A stretch of 64,000 bases of DNA from Octopus sinensis (GCF_006345805.1 NC_043007.1:16554001-16618000), one strand, 5' to 3'; positions 24,945 to 37,934 are shown, counted from the first letter of the stretch. Translations and numbers: made by a program. Notes: generated by a model not told the origin, from the letters alone.

Positions 24945-27900
24945 AACTAATGTTTTAATCCCAACTGGAACTCAGAGAAGCAACTAAATACCGCTATCAT
25001 TTTATGTCCGCCGCTCCCGATAATACTAATAAATAATCCTTTCTACTATGGGCATAAGGCCTGGAATCCGGTACTTATTTCATCGACAAAGCCAACCTTG
25101 GTGAAATTTGAACTCAAAACGTAAAGCCGGAATATGTTGAAGAGACATGAGCGGGTTGGTTCTATGTATAACACCAGGGGAATTACTTGACTCCCTGGGA
25201 TTACACATAAAAAAAGAAATTATATCACAAAACCTCAATTATAGTGAAAGGCTGCTTTCATTGTTACGTATACTTAAACTCAGACACACACGGCATTACT
25301 ATGTACAGTTTCGGATGGAATACGAAAAAGAAATTTCAAGTAACGCAAGATTGTATAATTCGAAACCACTGGGAAAATTGCCTCCTACCACTTAGATGGA
25401 ATATTAACTGTTTTCTTCAAATTCCGCCGAGGCCGACTTTGCTGTTCATCCTTTCGAGATCGATAAAATAAGTACCAGTTAAACACTGGGGTCGATATAA
25501 TCGACTTACCCTTCCCCCGAACATGCTGGCATTGTGCCAAAATTTGAAACCAATATTAACTGTTTTCTGAACCCCCCTACATCCCCTTATTGGATGGAGT
25601 TGCAGTAAAGTAAAGTGTATGTAGTTCTGTAAAAGAACTGGACTGAAGCAAGTGAACAAAAATCGGTAAATCTTTCAAGATAAAGTAGTTTAGTGGAGCA
25701 TAATTCGGCCTAGTAGTAATCGGAGGCGAGACATGGAGAGGACACTGCCCCACGCTAGACCGATGTCTGAGGTGGGGGACATCATACTCTTAGCCGTCAG
25801 TCAGTCAATGCCTAGGCGCTCCAGCTATGAACAATTACTGTTGAACATAGTTAAAAGCTAAAGCTTTTCACCTACACAATGGGTTATCGGACTGCTGCTT
25901 AAAACTAGTTTTTTTTGGGGGGGGGGGTCTTTTTTTTTTTTTTTTTTTAAAGGCGTTAAACGGATGCGAGACAAAGCTACTCCTGAATAGCAAGCTAGCC
26001 TACCGCAGCTTACTTTCTCCAATCCAGCTTGCTACACTGAGCCAAGTGGAATTGAATTAAGTATCCTAAGCCTTCTGCAACTAGAGAGATGAGATAAGAA
26101 CTTCATTTATTCCACACAGAGTAAGGACATAGTTTGTACTGTGTGTTCGCCCAAGGTTGAAAAATACTTTCAGATCTTGAAAAAGGAAACACACAGCGTT
26201 TGCCATACATTCTGCCTGTGAAGAATATGGAGTCGCCATGGGAAATTAATTAGACCTAGCAGCAAAAAATGATTGTTTCTAGGGATGAGCAGTGTCTCGG
26301 TGTCAAAGCCAATGTATAAGCGTCTATCTTTCGATATATATATATATATAAAGAAGAAAAATATTAGTAAAGAAAGTCCATACACTGATCACAAAAAGCT
26401 CTATAAATTACTATCCATTTCTGACGCCGAATTATTCTAGGACTGATTCGACTCCTCTAAAATATATATATAAAAAAAAAAAGAGGGGGGGTGTACATAG
26501 CTTAAAGTCGTTAAAGGAGAATAACAAAACATTAAGCAACTATAAACTAGTATATACATATAAATTTGTATTTTTTATTCCTTTTTTTTCTTTTAAGCAA
26601 TAGATTCTGATTCACAAAAAGGTAGAAAACAGTTCTCCTACGTGAGACATTTCATGTTCGAAGTCCAAAAAGTATGGAAGGATATTCGCGCCTCTATTTG
26701 CACGCTGGATTAAAAATGACACGTATAACAAAGATTGCAAAGAAACTCATCTTAAAAAAGCTCCATCTGCATCACTAAATAAAGGATGGAAGCTTTATAA
26801 ATAAAAAGAAACGAATTCGCGATTGTTAGGGAAGTTGGAAGAGAAACAAAATAGTTCGATAATTATTCGATGTGAAAGTTCGACATCGCTGTAGGACGGA
26901 TGCGTACATTTGTCAAACTAAATGCCATTTAAAACTGTTCTTTTGTAGCGAGATCGATTTTATACAATTATAATTTAAAAACAAAATATATATAATAAAT
27001 TACAAATTTTCCTTTTAGCACAACACAAACACACATATATTGAGGCTTAGGTATCTTTTGTAAGTGCAAATTCTTTCCGAGCCGGAAAGGTAAACAGTTG
27101 TTTAGGTCTGGATGCTTTTTTCTTTTGCTTTTTTATTATTATTAAATAGAGAAAAAAACTCGCAAAATTTGAAAAAAAGACGAGACAAACAGGCTGGAAG
27201 AGAAAACGGAGGGGGCATGAAAGGGAACTGGAATTAAAACACAGATTCTTTTAAGGGTCTTGTCGGGAAACATGAGGATTTTTTTTTTTTTTTTGAAATC
27301 GGTTGGGAAGAAAAAAAAAACCCCGACTCCCAAGTGGTTTTATTTGCTTGAATTATAGGTCAGTGTTCATGTTTGAAGCAAGGGAGCACCGACTGAGTGG
27401 TCGAGGGGTTAAACAGACATTCAATGTGAGAGAGAAATACGTTAACGGGATGAAGAAAGGGTTGGGAGGGTAAGCAGGTCAGATTCTGTTGAACAACGAC
27501 GACACCAGCTGAATAAGACACCCCAAGTCTTTTTTACCAGGAAACAGGGGGGTTTTTCTGACCCCCTTTCTAAGGAGATAGTAATAAAACTGCACACGAG
27601 TGAAGGGAATCAAACACAAAGGAGGGGGGGAAAGTTGAGAAAGTTAAGGTGAAGATGCTACGTGTTGACGAAATGGATTCAAATGGATGGTAGGTTGGTT
27701 GGTTGGTAAAAGATGGGACTTGAAATTCGGGGATAAGGGAAGTGGTGAAACTCGGAGATGGAAAATATAATCAATGAGTTATGAAAAAGTGTTGCTGCGA
27801 AGTATAAACGAGTTTTATTGGGCCACGATTGGAATTGAGAGGAGGGCTAGGTGAGCAGAAGAGAGAACATGTGTTTCCCCCCCTAACGAATCCTTCACAC

Positions 27901-27989
27901 AGCAAGGTGGCATGGAAAGGGGCCATTTGAGCCCTTCACCAGGGCTCTCGAAGACAAGAAGGAAAGACGAAAACAAAGAAGCTGCTTAC

Positions 27990-28049
27990 CTGATATACAC
28001 GAATCGGGAATTCTAGCTTGGTATTCCTCTCCGACTCTCATTCCACTCT
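27990..28049 (-). CDS. RCOR: CoREST / REST corepressor coding exon 2 (start of ELM2 domain)
   Basis: 60-nt phase1-phase1 exon with acceptor ttttttcatcttgtag and donor CAG|gtaag. Encodes (E)SGMRVGEEYQARIPDSCIS, matching the RCOR3 sequence DVGMRVGAEYQARIPEF. Confidence 0.9.
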
Positions 28050-28193
28050 CTACAAGATGAAAAAAAAAGGGGGGAGCAAACTAGTAAGTAAATATTATCG
28101 AAACGGATATTTGTGGTCTCTTAAAGGACATACAGGATAAAGATGAAACAAGGGATAGAGATGAAGAAAGACCCTTAAAGTGAACCAACTCAC

Positions 28194-28308
28194 CATGATC
28201 AGAATCATCAGCAGCACTGCTATCATCAGATATCTGTCCATTAGGACTCCCACAACGAGAGCGTCGACCGTTCCGTATATCGTCTGAGCTTTTATCGGCT
28301 AAAACCAT
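28194..28308 (-). CDS. RCOR: CoREST / REST corepressor coding exon 1
   Basis: ATG at 28308; MVLADKSSDDIRNGRRSRCGSPNGQISDDSSAADDSDH, then donor G|gtgagt at 28193. Splices in frame to exon 2 across a 144-nt intron. The acidic ...SDH before GMRVG parallels RCOR SSDDEH. Confidence 0.85.
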
Positions 28309-28309
28309 C

Positions 28310-31000
28310 TTCTTGTTGCTTAGGATTTCGAAATTATATTTACAAACACTAGAAAAACTTTTCCCCCCTGAATAAATAAAATATTTCCCCTCACTTCGCT
28401 AAATCGAACTCTTTTTAAAAAGTCACGCTTGTTGTCCACCTCGATTTGCCTGAATATTGGGCTTGTTTGACAACTCAGCTAAATGATGTCAGTGCGCCTA
28501 GTAAACTACGTCCGCATTTACTTGCTGCTTTTGCAAGATTAAAAAAGCAATAATTAATAAAACTTTTAAAATCAATTATTTTTCCGAATTGGTTTCGTTT
28601 TTGTTTTTTTAAATAATTAACTGAAACAGAAAAGCTACATTAAATTAAACGGCAAAATTTGCGGATTGATATAACAAAATACAGTACTATTTCTGCAAAT
28701 ACGGTCAGCGGAAGCCGGGATAACTAGTACTTAAATTGTGGCACACTGGTACACGAGTTTTCCAACTGTTATTTTTGTTCTAAAGCAAAGAAAATTCGTG
28801 TCAAAAGTTTATTTTCTCTAGAAATCTCATTATGTAACTTTTGTGTGGTGCAGGAGTAAAATAAAATTAATTTTATTTGAAAAATTCACATATCAAACAT
28901 TTCAAGTAATCCGTACTATTTATAATTTTTTTTTCGTTTTCCTTTGTTTATTAGGATTTTCTTAACTTCCAAATTTACATAGTCTGGAACCCGTAACATC
29001 CCCATTATACCCTCTTTGCTTGCAGAAATATATATAGATCAATCAAATTGTCAGAAATAGATATATAGCAACAAAAATATAAAGTAAGAAATGATGTATG
29101 AATTGTAGGACGTTTGGGCTACCGTATATTTATTTTTCATTACTATTTGGATTAGAATATTCTAACAAAAAGCGTTAAAATTTTTAATTTTTCAATTTGA
29201 ATTTGAACTTCGAATGCAATTACTTATAATAAAATCAATATTGTGCATAAGCTGCAAAAATATGCTACAACTGATTTCACTAACCATTAACAAGATATAT
29301 AACAACAATTGTCATTTGGGCACATGGTCTTTGTAGTCACTTTTTGGGAAATCCTGAAGACCATTTTATCGTAGAGGAAATGGTATTTCATTCACCACAT
29401 TTAAAAAATCCAAATTATTCCTTACCATAGACGAACAGTTCTGTTACTGTGTTTCGTGTTTTGTTAAATAATGGATAGTCTTTTGAGCAATCCATTGTAG
29501 CACTCAAGCTATGGTTACGAAAATTCAGAATCTTGGGTGTCACAAACGTAGCCGACTCGACATGTGCACAAAGCTAATAGTAGATATGTTATATATATAT
29601 AACAATTGGTCTTCGGGATCTAAGCACTTGTATGCTAATGTCTCACAATATTAGGCAATCTAATTTCAAACAGTAGTCCAAAACATTGCTTGTTGATCTT
29701 GGTGGGTAACCTGCAAGCGTTCTTGTCTCTTGAGCAATATTTTAATGAACATACCGAAACATATAAACTGCTTTAAATAACAAGATTGGCCGAGATTTTT
29801 TAAAATTCTTCCTTGTACACATAATAAAAAGGTTTTAGCTTGTTCGACCAATTACCGTTTCAAAGATGTATTTCGTATGGTGTTCCATTGATTATAGCTT
29901 TTTCGATACACATGGAATATTTTAGTCTGCTAACAATTGCATAAACAAATGACAATAGACAGCCCCTCCTTTTATATAGGGAAAACATTTTACTGGATGT
30001 TGTGTTAAATTAATGCTGACAACATTGAAATACAAACATCGTTCATTTGATGGCCGACCAATGCCAACAATTCAATAAAAAAAAAAATGTACGTAATGCA
30101 TGTAGTATAAACATTGTTTTTGTCTTCCTTTAATAGCAATAAATGACGAGCGCCATTAAAATATACTTGCGGGGAACCAAGACTACAAGCTGGCTCCCAT
30201 TCCCAGATGTTGCTATTTCACTTCATACTAACTCATAGATGACCTCATTAGTAATGCTCAATCTCATTCGGCTTCCATGATAAATCTTGAATGTTATGCA
30301 TGTACAAAGAAATCAATAATTAGACAGCAATAAGATGCTTGATTCCCAAAAAAATCTTTGATATTGCTGTTATACATAGATAAATACAAATGCATACACA
30401 TATCAGCCGAAGAGCTACTGTGACTCAAGAGTCTAGAGTTTCGTGCAATTTCATGAGCACAAAACTCAAGGCCCTTCGGTCACTGTAGCTCATCAGCCAA
30501 TAATGAAATTATTGTATACAGTGCTCAGGTGCACCACAAATAGCTGTATACACGCCACTTCAAGTATTGAGTTCTACAGTTTCCTCCGATTGTCTTTGTC
30601 CTCACGCATACACACGTATATATGTATATACGCATACACATACGCATATATGCAGGCGTGTATGTATGCATATATTCAGTGTAGCAAGAGGCTGAATCGA
30701 CTAAAACGAAATATATTATTCTCTACTCTGGTATTGAGTACTCTTTTTTTCCGATAGTCAACACCAAACCTACAAACATGCATACACACACACAAATACA
30801 AATGTATATATGTATATATATATATATATTTATAAATCTATATACGTATATATAAATATATATATATATACATATAAATATATATATATTCAAATATTTA
30901 TACATATATATAAAAGATGCGTATACGTGTTTTATATATATATATATACATTTACATAGACTCGGTTAATAGGACATTTTACGTATTCTACATTTATGTG
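28310..31000. promoter_or_regulatory. Divergent promoter interval between RCOR and CLASRP
   Basis: Largely SINE-free, CpG-retaining unique sequence between two oppositely oriented 5' ends. Exact TSSs cannot be seen. Confidence 0.55.
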
Positions 31001-31203
31001 AGAGCTCAGGGTCTGATTTCAACGGGAGACAAGGGTCAACGGCGTCTCGGCAGACATTTGGCGGGGTGGTGTAAAGAAATAATAAATAAATAAAAATAAA
31101 AAAAAAAACAAAAAACAACAGCAAAAAGCCGACATGAGGAGGACTGAAAAGGAGGAAGGAGGAGGGGAAGGGGAGGAGAGGTGGCGGGGTTAGGCGAGAG
31201 GTT
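31000..31203 (+). other. CLASRP: Probable non-coding first exon of CLASRP (start approximate)
   Basis: GC- and purine-rich island with donor-like gtaagt at 31204, 31243 and 31401. The coding exon at 36960 starts with an acceptor, so an upstream exon is required. Confidence 0.5.
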
Positions 31204-32099
31204 GTAAGTGAAGTCTCGTTAACGTGTTGTGTTCTCGCGAGAGTAAGTAACGGTAACTGTTGAAGAAGACAAAACGACGTTTGTTACGGTTTTTTTGCAA
31301 AAACTAGTTTTTTGACGAACGAAGAAGACTTTTGTTTCCCTTTTTTTTTGCTGTGGTTTGGGGATTTGCCGTCCATATGTGCTTATTATTTAAGTCTTAC
31401 GTAAGTACACGCTTTCATATCTTGTTTATTTATTATCTTAAAAGCCAAAAGAAGTCCTCTCCGCTGTCCATAAACAGCGAGAGATCGAAGTATTTCTGTG
31501 AAGATAGCCATAAATCACAGGTTTCTGCTCGCTATGGACGTTTGCAGATATACACACATATATATATATATATATTGTCGAATAATTCTCTATTCTCTAC
31601 CTTTGATTTTGATTTTCATGGGTGGGAAGATGAAATATTATACGGTCTCACCAATGATATACACATATTCATATACAATCAGTGCTGGAATTAATAGAAT
31701 GGTCTGATTTCTCTGTGTGTCTGCAATGGGCAGAATTAGAAGATTGAAGACATGCCAAGGTTTCACCTCATATATTGAATGTTTATATATATATATATCC
31801 CTTAAGGACTGAAGTATTTATTCATTAATGCTTAAGGGGGAATAGATGATAATTTACAATGCAATTAATTAAGAAATTAATTGTCAAAAGATAATTTTTT
31901 AAAAATAGCTGTTCTTGTAGAAAGACAATTGAATTAGAGTGAAATATGGGCGATCGGTTTGTTCAATGTCGATATATATATATGGACACACAGAGGTGAA
32001 ATAGAAGATCTTTATGTGTTAATAAATCTATGGAAATCATTTGACAGCCTTCCTTTTTGGTGGAATAGTCTGTTATTATTCTAGAAGTGTCTTTTTTAG

Positions 32100-32500
32100 C
32101 CTGGATATATTTCCTAGCTTCGGCGAAACCATTTCGCCTTTGCTCAAAAGTATGGCGTAAAAAGAACTATGATAGACTTGGTCTACTTTAACGAAGACAA
32201 GATTTCGTCAATACTCGATTTTTTCTGATAGAAATCTGGCATTTGCTTGTCAGTCTGTTAATCTCTTTCCATGATATTTCAATAAAATTTTCCATTAACT
32301 CTAATATAATTCCAAGAATTTCATTCTGTAAGACGTGGCTGAACGATTTCTGAGTGTTTGCTTTGTTTGGTTCTAATGGAAAGATTTCCATGTAATTTGG
32401 TGTTTCTCGATGTTTTATCGAAAAAGACCAACACGATTTTTTGCTATGAATTACCTTACAGTATTGAGGCAGATCTTACATAGATACGTATGCATATATT
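32100..32500 (-). mobile_element. Penelope-like 3' relic
   Basis: EKHQITWKS resembles the C-terminal GIY-YIG region of Penelope ORFs; a decayed hammerhead-like hairpin follows at 32150-32110. Confidence 0.45.
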
Positions 32501-32619
32501 CTCACAGTCGTATCTATAAAATTTTAACGAAAGAATAATATTTAAAAAAATGAACTTTCGTCAGAAATTTCGAATATCATTGAACATATACATTATTAAT
32601 AAAGATGGTTGTGGCCATA

Positions 32620-32883
32620 CACTATACATACATATATATATATATATAAAGGGAGGTCTGTACATTTTGTGTGGGTGAATATATGCAAGGATATATATCG
32701 AAGAGTGTATATATGTGCATGTATATACACTTGCATGCATGTACTTGTGTGTATTTGTATGCATGTATATTTCGGGCGTGCACATCATTGCAGTTGTGCG
32801 TATTAGTAATCGCGGGCGTGTATATATATGTGCATATATATATATATATATATGCACATATATATATATATATATGCACATAT

Positions 32884-32927
<44 letters not shown>

Positions 32928-33410
32928 GTACGCGCGGGCGTGTATATATATATGTGCATATATATATAGTTTGTGTGTGTGTAATGTGTATGTGTATATA
33001 AATATATGGGTGCCGATGTATGTATATACATCGGCGCATATGTCTATCCGTCCACCCATCTATCCATCTGTGTGTGAAGTAAAATAAAATATACGAGTGT
33101 CGGTAGGGTGCATACTTCTATATAAATTTATATATTAAAGCAGACAGACATTATATACGTGATATAATCATCATCATTTCGGAATTTCGACTGACTTGCC
33201 GTTTGATGGTGGTTTATATTCGTGTGTTTGTGTGTGCATATATGTTTATATATGTATATGCATGCATATATTTGTGTATAAATGTGTATGCGTGCATGTA
33301 CGTGTCTGCTTGCCTGTGTATATGTATGTATAGATGCGCGTGTGTGTATATATGTGTATGTGTACGCATGCATGTATGCGTATATGTTATGTATATATAT
33401 ATATATATAC
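32620..33410. repeat. Compound (TA)n/(TG)n/(TATG)n microsatellite field
   Basis: Directly visible; it accounts for the many Y/I/C/V-rich spurious ORFs here. Confidence 0.95.
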
Positions 33411-33415
33411 ACATA

Positions 33416-33542
33416 CAGGGTGTCCACAAAAACTGGGTACATGGAGTAAATAAAATCATAACATAAGCAATTAAATGTCAGAAATTATAATTTCTTAAAG
33501 TATGTGTTAATCTCCATGTACCCAGACTTTGTGGACACCCTG
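33416..33542. mobile_element. Tc1/mariner-type MITE (127 bp)
   Basis: 31-bp TIR CAGGGTGTCCACAAA(AA/GT)CTGGGTACATGGAG with 2 mismatches; TA on both sides. Confidence 0.85.
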
Positions 33543-35204
33543 TATATATGGATGCATTTATGTGTGTATACAGGTAATGTATGCACGTATAAATTCATCA
33601 TGTATGTCTGTGTTTATGTATATATATACACACACACACTTCTGTTTATATATATACCCCTACGTTCGATTGCACTTGTGGTTTCTTAAGCGGATTGTAT
33701 TTTATAGCATCTGGTTGACTTCCAGAACAAGCAAATGTCCTTGTAAATTTCTTTGTGTGTGTATATATATATTGGTATGTATAATGTGTGTATATGTGAA
33801 TGCTGTATGTTTACCTGCATGTCTGATTTTTTGTGTGTGTGTGTATGTGTATCATCGTGATCGCTTAACGTCTGTTTATCAATATATTGATAAATTTCCT
33901 TGTATTATGTGTGTGTGATATATATACACACACACACACATCGTTTTATGTATATAATGGTGTGTGTATATATCTATGTATGCCTGTATACGATAAGATG
34001 CAATATAAATGTTGATTGGCTAGTTGTCTCCAGTCTTTCATGTGGAGAGTGGAGAGATAAGAGGAAAAATACAGAGAAACTAACATGAGATGTGCAGGAT
34101 GAGTGCACATACTAGGCTTGGTGAAGGCAGTGGGTAAGGAACAGGTAACAGTGTGGAGGTGTGTGTGTATATACACACATACTGGAGCTCTGTGGAGCTT
34201 AGGCCATTGACAACTTTTCTCCACTATCTTTGAATTTGGGCTGCCTTTTCAGCTGGATTTTTCTTAGGTCTTGCTAGTCTTCGATTGTCATCGATCCTCC
34301 TGTAACTTGGTTCCTTTTCTGGGAGTTGGCCCCTGTATAAACCCATTTTTATCTCTGCAAAGAGCTGGTTCATTTTACTCTGGCTCCTATTCTTTGACTT
34401 GTCCAACATGGGAGGACCTTTCAGGAGTTAGTGCTCACTTGCAGAGCTCTCGGGGTCATTGATGCACACAAGCCATGACACCACCACAGAGCATGGACTT
34501 TGCTTGGGTTTTTATATATGTGTGTGTTGTGTGTATTTATATATGTACATACATAAAAAGCACTGGTGATGGTGCAATGTAAAAAGCACTCAGTATCCTC
34601 TGTAAAGTAGTTAGCATTAGGAAGAGCATCCCATTGTAGAAAGCAACCCAAAACAGACTATGGAACTTACTGTGGTCCCCTGGTCTTGCCAGTTCCTGTC
34701 AAGCCATCCAACTCATGCCTGAATGGAAAACAGACGTTAAATGATGAGGATGTGTATATGTATTTATCATCATCATTTAGCGTCTGCTTTCCATGCTAGC
34801 ATGGGTTGGACGGTTCAACTGGGGTCTGGGAAGCCAGAAGGCTGCACCAGGCCCAGTCTGATCTGGCAATGTTTCTACGGCTGGAGGCCCTTCCTAATGC
34901 CAACCACTCATATATGTGAGTATATTTTTATATATGTGTGCATTCATGTAATCATATTTGTATGTTCTCATCATCATCATTTAAACTCCATGAAATACAG
35001 TTCAACAGGGTCCGATGTGCCCAAGTACTGCATCATGCTCTAGTGCCAGCTTTGGCATGATTTTTAATACCGACCACTTTAAAGCTTGTACTAGTTGCTT
35101 TTCTCATCTCACAAGTGTTAGTGAGCTTGCAAGAATGACCCTCAAAGGGGCAGCTTTATGTTAGGAGATAAAAGATTGAAGTATGAGAGAGAGGGTGGGG
35201 TCAT

Positions 35205-35437
35205 ACCTATTTCTTTATTACCCACAAGGGGCTGAACATAGAGGGGACAAACATGGACAGACATAGGTATTAAGTCGATTATATCGACCCCAGTGCTTAA
35301 CTGGTACTTAATTTATCGACCCCGAAAGGATGAAAGGCAAAGTCGACCTCGGCGGAATTTGAACTCACAACGTAACGGCAGACGAAATACCGCTAAGCAT
35401 TTTGCCAGACGTGCTAACGATTCTGCTAGCTCGCCGC
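35205..35437 (-). mobile_element. tRNA-SINE (Meta/MESC-like core family)
   Basis: Full-length match to the 22.9-23.9 kb monomers. Confidence 0.8.
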
Positions 35438-35831
35438 GGGGTCATAGCAGAACAGGTATCTTCTTGTGGAGTAGCTACATGACTACTTTCATTTTAGTAG
35501 ATAGGGTGGGAGTGATCAGCTGGAGTTGGAAAGATATAAAAATAATGTCTGGGTGGACCCTCAATATCCGAGGTGAAAAGAAGTGGGATCAGAGGAACCA
35601 GGGGTGTGGGTGGGTGAAGGTTGCAAGAGTGTGTGGGGGAGTAAGAAATGGGGAACAGGTAAGGGAAGGGGAGGTAGGCAACAGCCATAAAGATTGAACA
35701 AGGTTGAAGGGTGGATAAGGGGTGGGTGTGAATGTCCAGTGATGCTTGAGGTGGGGGAGTGGGAGATGACTGACAGTGGGGCAAAGTGGGGTAGGGGTGG
35801 ATGACAGAATAATAATGATGATACAGTACTC

Positions 35832-36235
35832 TTTTACTTGTTTCAGTCATTTGACTGTGGCCATGCTGGAGCACCACCTTTTAGTCAAGCAAATCGACCC
35901 CAGGACTTATTCTTTGTAAGCCTAGTACTTATTCTATCGGTCACTTTTGCCAAACTGCTAAGTTACAGGGACGTAAACACACCAGCATTGGTTGTCAAGC
36001 AATGTTGGGGTGGGGTGGGGGGACAAACACAGACATACAAACATATACACACACATACACACATACATACGACAGTCTTCTTTCAATTTCCATCTACCAG
36101 ATCCACTCACAAGGCTTTGGTCGGCCCAAGGTTTTAATAGAAGACACTTTGCCCAAGGTGCCACGCAGTGGGACTGAACTCGGAACCATGTGGTTGGTAA
36201 GCAAGCCACTTACCACACAGCTATTCCTGCACCTC
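35832..36235 (-). mobile_element. tRNA-derived CORE-type SINE, composite full-length copy
   Basis: Reverse complement of the family at 47823-48240. Confidence 0.75.
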
Positions 36236-36249
36236 AGTAGAGAAGAGAA

Positions 36250-36285
<36 letters not shown>

Positions 36286-37010
36286 CGATGACATTTGGTT
36301 GGGTAGCTGCAGAAGTGTAAGGTGGTAGTCAGACATAATGTATGAGGAGTGTGAAAGACATGTAGTGGGGGAGGAGAGGGAGAGAATAAGATATGCATAT
36401 ACAACTATTCTTTCTTTTTGTGTCCGTAAACACATTGTAAATGTAGACTGCGTTTGTTAAAAAAAAATGTATAGATATCTTATATATATGTCCTGTATTG
36501 CAATTGGATTTGAGTGTGTGTATGTATATACGGAAGGCACAGGTGTGGCTATATGGTATGAAGCTTGCTTCCCAACAACATGGTTCTTGGTTCAGTCCCA
36601 CTTCACAGCACTTTGGGCTAGTGTCTTCTATTATAGCACTGTGAGTGGATTTGGTAGATGGTACTTAAAGAAGTAGTATATATATATGTGTGTGTGTGTA
36701 TATATATACATACGCATACACACACCAAGAAACCATTTCAAAATTTCTTTTAAACCCTTTCTACTCACTCTTACTCCATACATTTCATGATGTGGACATG
36801 TTCTGTACCCATGAAGCCTCAGGTAATGTGGAGCGGAGTCAGCTTGTTCATAAATACTTAAAACTCACCAATAAAATGTATTGAGTGCTACTATCTTTTG
36901 TTTGTCCACCCATTTGTATACTTCATCCTAAACAATTGTAAATCTTTATTTTCTTTCAGGTAATCCTTTTTTCACGAGTGTGGTAGGGTAAAACAAACAA
37001 AGCTACCAAG

Positions 37011-37112
37011 ATGATGTGGCACGAAGCTCGTAAGCAGGAGCGGAAGATACGAGGTTTAATGGTGGATTACAAGAAAAGAGCTGAAAGGAGACGAGAGTAT
37101 TATGAAAAAATT
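37011..37112 (+). CDS. CLASRP: CLK4-associating serine/arginine-rich protein, first coding exon
   Basis: MMWHEARKQERKIRGLMVDYKKRAERRREYYEKI versus human MWHEARKHERKLRGMMVDYKKRAERRREYYEKI. Acceptor ttttctttcag at 36959, phase-0 donor gtaagt at 37113, and an in-frame TAG upstream of the ATG. The exon spans 36960-37112. Confidence 0.95.
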
Positions 37113-37143
37113 GTAAGTTACATTTCATTTGTCTGCTTCTTAA

Positions 37144-37354
37144 CCCTTTTGTTACTGTATTAATTTTGAGATGCTCTGTGTTTCTTTCAATTACTTTAAA
37201 TATAACAAAGAATTTAGTAAAATAACTTAGTTATCATTCAGCTAGTGTTAGGAACATAAATTGTGACTAAGGTTTGGTGGAAGATTTTAATTGAAACCTT
37301 AAGAAAACAAGACATTTGTACTACAGAGCCAGAGCCAGGTTGGTAACGAAAGGG
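37144..37354. mobile_element. piggyBac-type MITE (family B), about 30 bp downstream of the CLASRP donor
   Basis: TTAA at 37140-37143 and 37355-37358; CCCTTT...AAAGGG ends. Confidence 0.8.
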
Positions 37355-37704
37355 TTAAAGCAGTTATCTTCTTGTATATGTTTGAATCAAAACTGACCTG
37401 CTATGGTATTATTTTCTTCTGGTTTATTACTTTCATCATCATCATTATTTTAATACCCACTTTTCCATGGTTGCATGAGTAAAACAGAATTTGTTATGGT
37501 GGATTTTCCTCACCTATTCCCAAGTAAGGTAATATTTCCCCATGACTAGACATCTCTTGGAAGATTGGAAACAGACACTGCTAGCATAACCATGACACTC
37601 ACAACTGTCACATGACAAGGCAAGGATACAGTGACACACATGCACACACTCACATGCATATATATAAACATGTATGTGTGTATATATATATATATCATCA
37701 TTAA

Positions 37705-37934
37705 GACGGCGAGCTGGCAGACACGTTAGCGCACTGGGTGAAATGCTTAGCAGTATTTCGTCTGTCATTATGTTCTGAGTTCAAATTCCGCCGAGGTCGA
37801 CTTTGCCTTTCATCCTTTCGGGGTCGATTAAATAAGTACCAGTTTCGCACTGGAGTCGGTGTAATTGACTTAATACCTATGTCTGTCCTTGTTTGTCCCC
37901 CCTGTGTTTAGCCCCTTGTGGGCAATAAAGAAAT
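37705..37934 (+). mobile_element. tRNA-SINE (Meta/MESC-like core family)
   Basis: Head GGCGAGCTGGCAG, B-box GAGTTCAAATTCC, core and tail AATAAAGAAATA. Confidence 0.8.

Noticed and set aside
1-27989. Search for RCOR exon 3 onward (MLVWSP, KEKHGYN, DEWTVEDK)
   Set aside because: No match. Near-hits at about 10216 (MLCVWS-stop) and about 14310 contain stops. The exons are probably outside the window, but a diverged short exon could have been missed.
28081-28308. 75-aa ORF as a stand-alone small gene
   Set aside because: A donor at 28193 and an in-frame ELM2 exon downstream show it is RCOR exon 1 plus intron read-through.
30181-30210. ZNF143/Staf-like ACTACA...TCCCAG motif in the promoter interval
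   Set aside because: The spacing does not fit the contiguous ACTACAnnTCCCA consensus.
32561-34088. Many 60-156 aa ORFs rich in Y, I, C, V, H and T
   Set aside because: They are translations of TA/TG/CA microsatellites.
37705-37800. tRNA genes from A/B-box hits
   Set aside because: These are SINE heads; they have no cloverleaf and continue into SINE core and tail.
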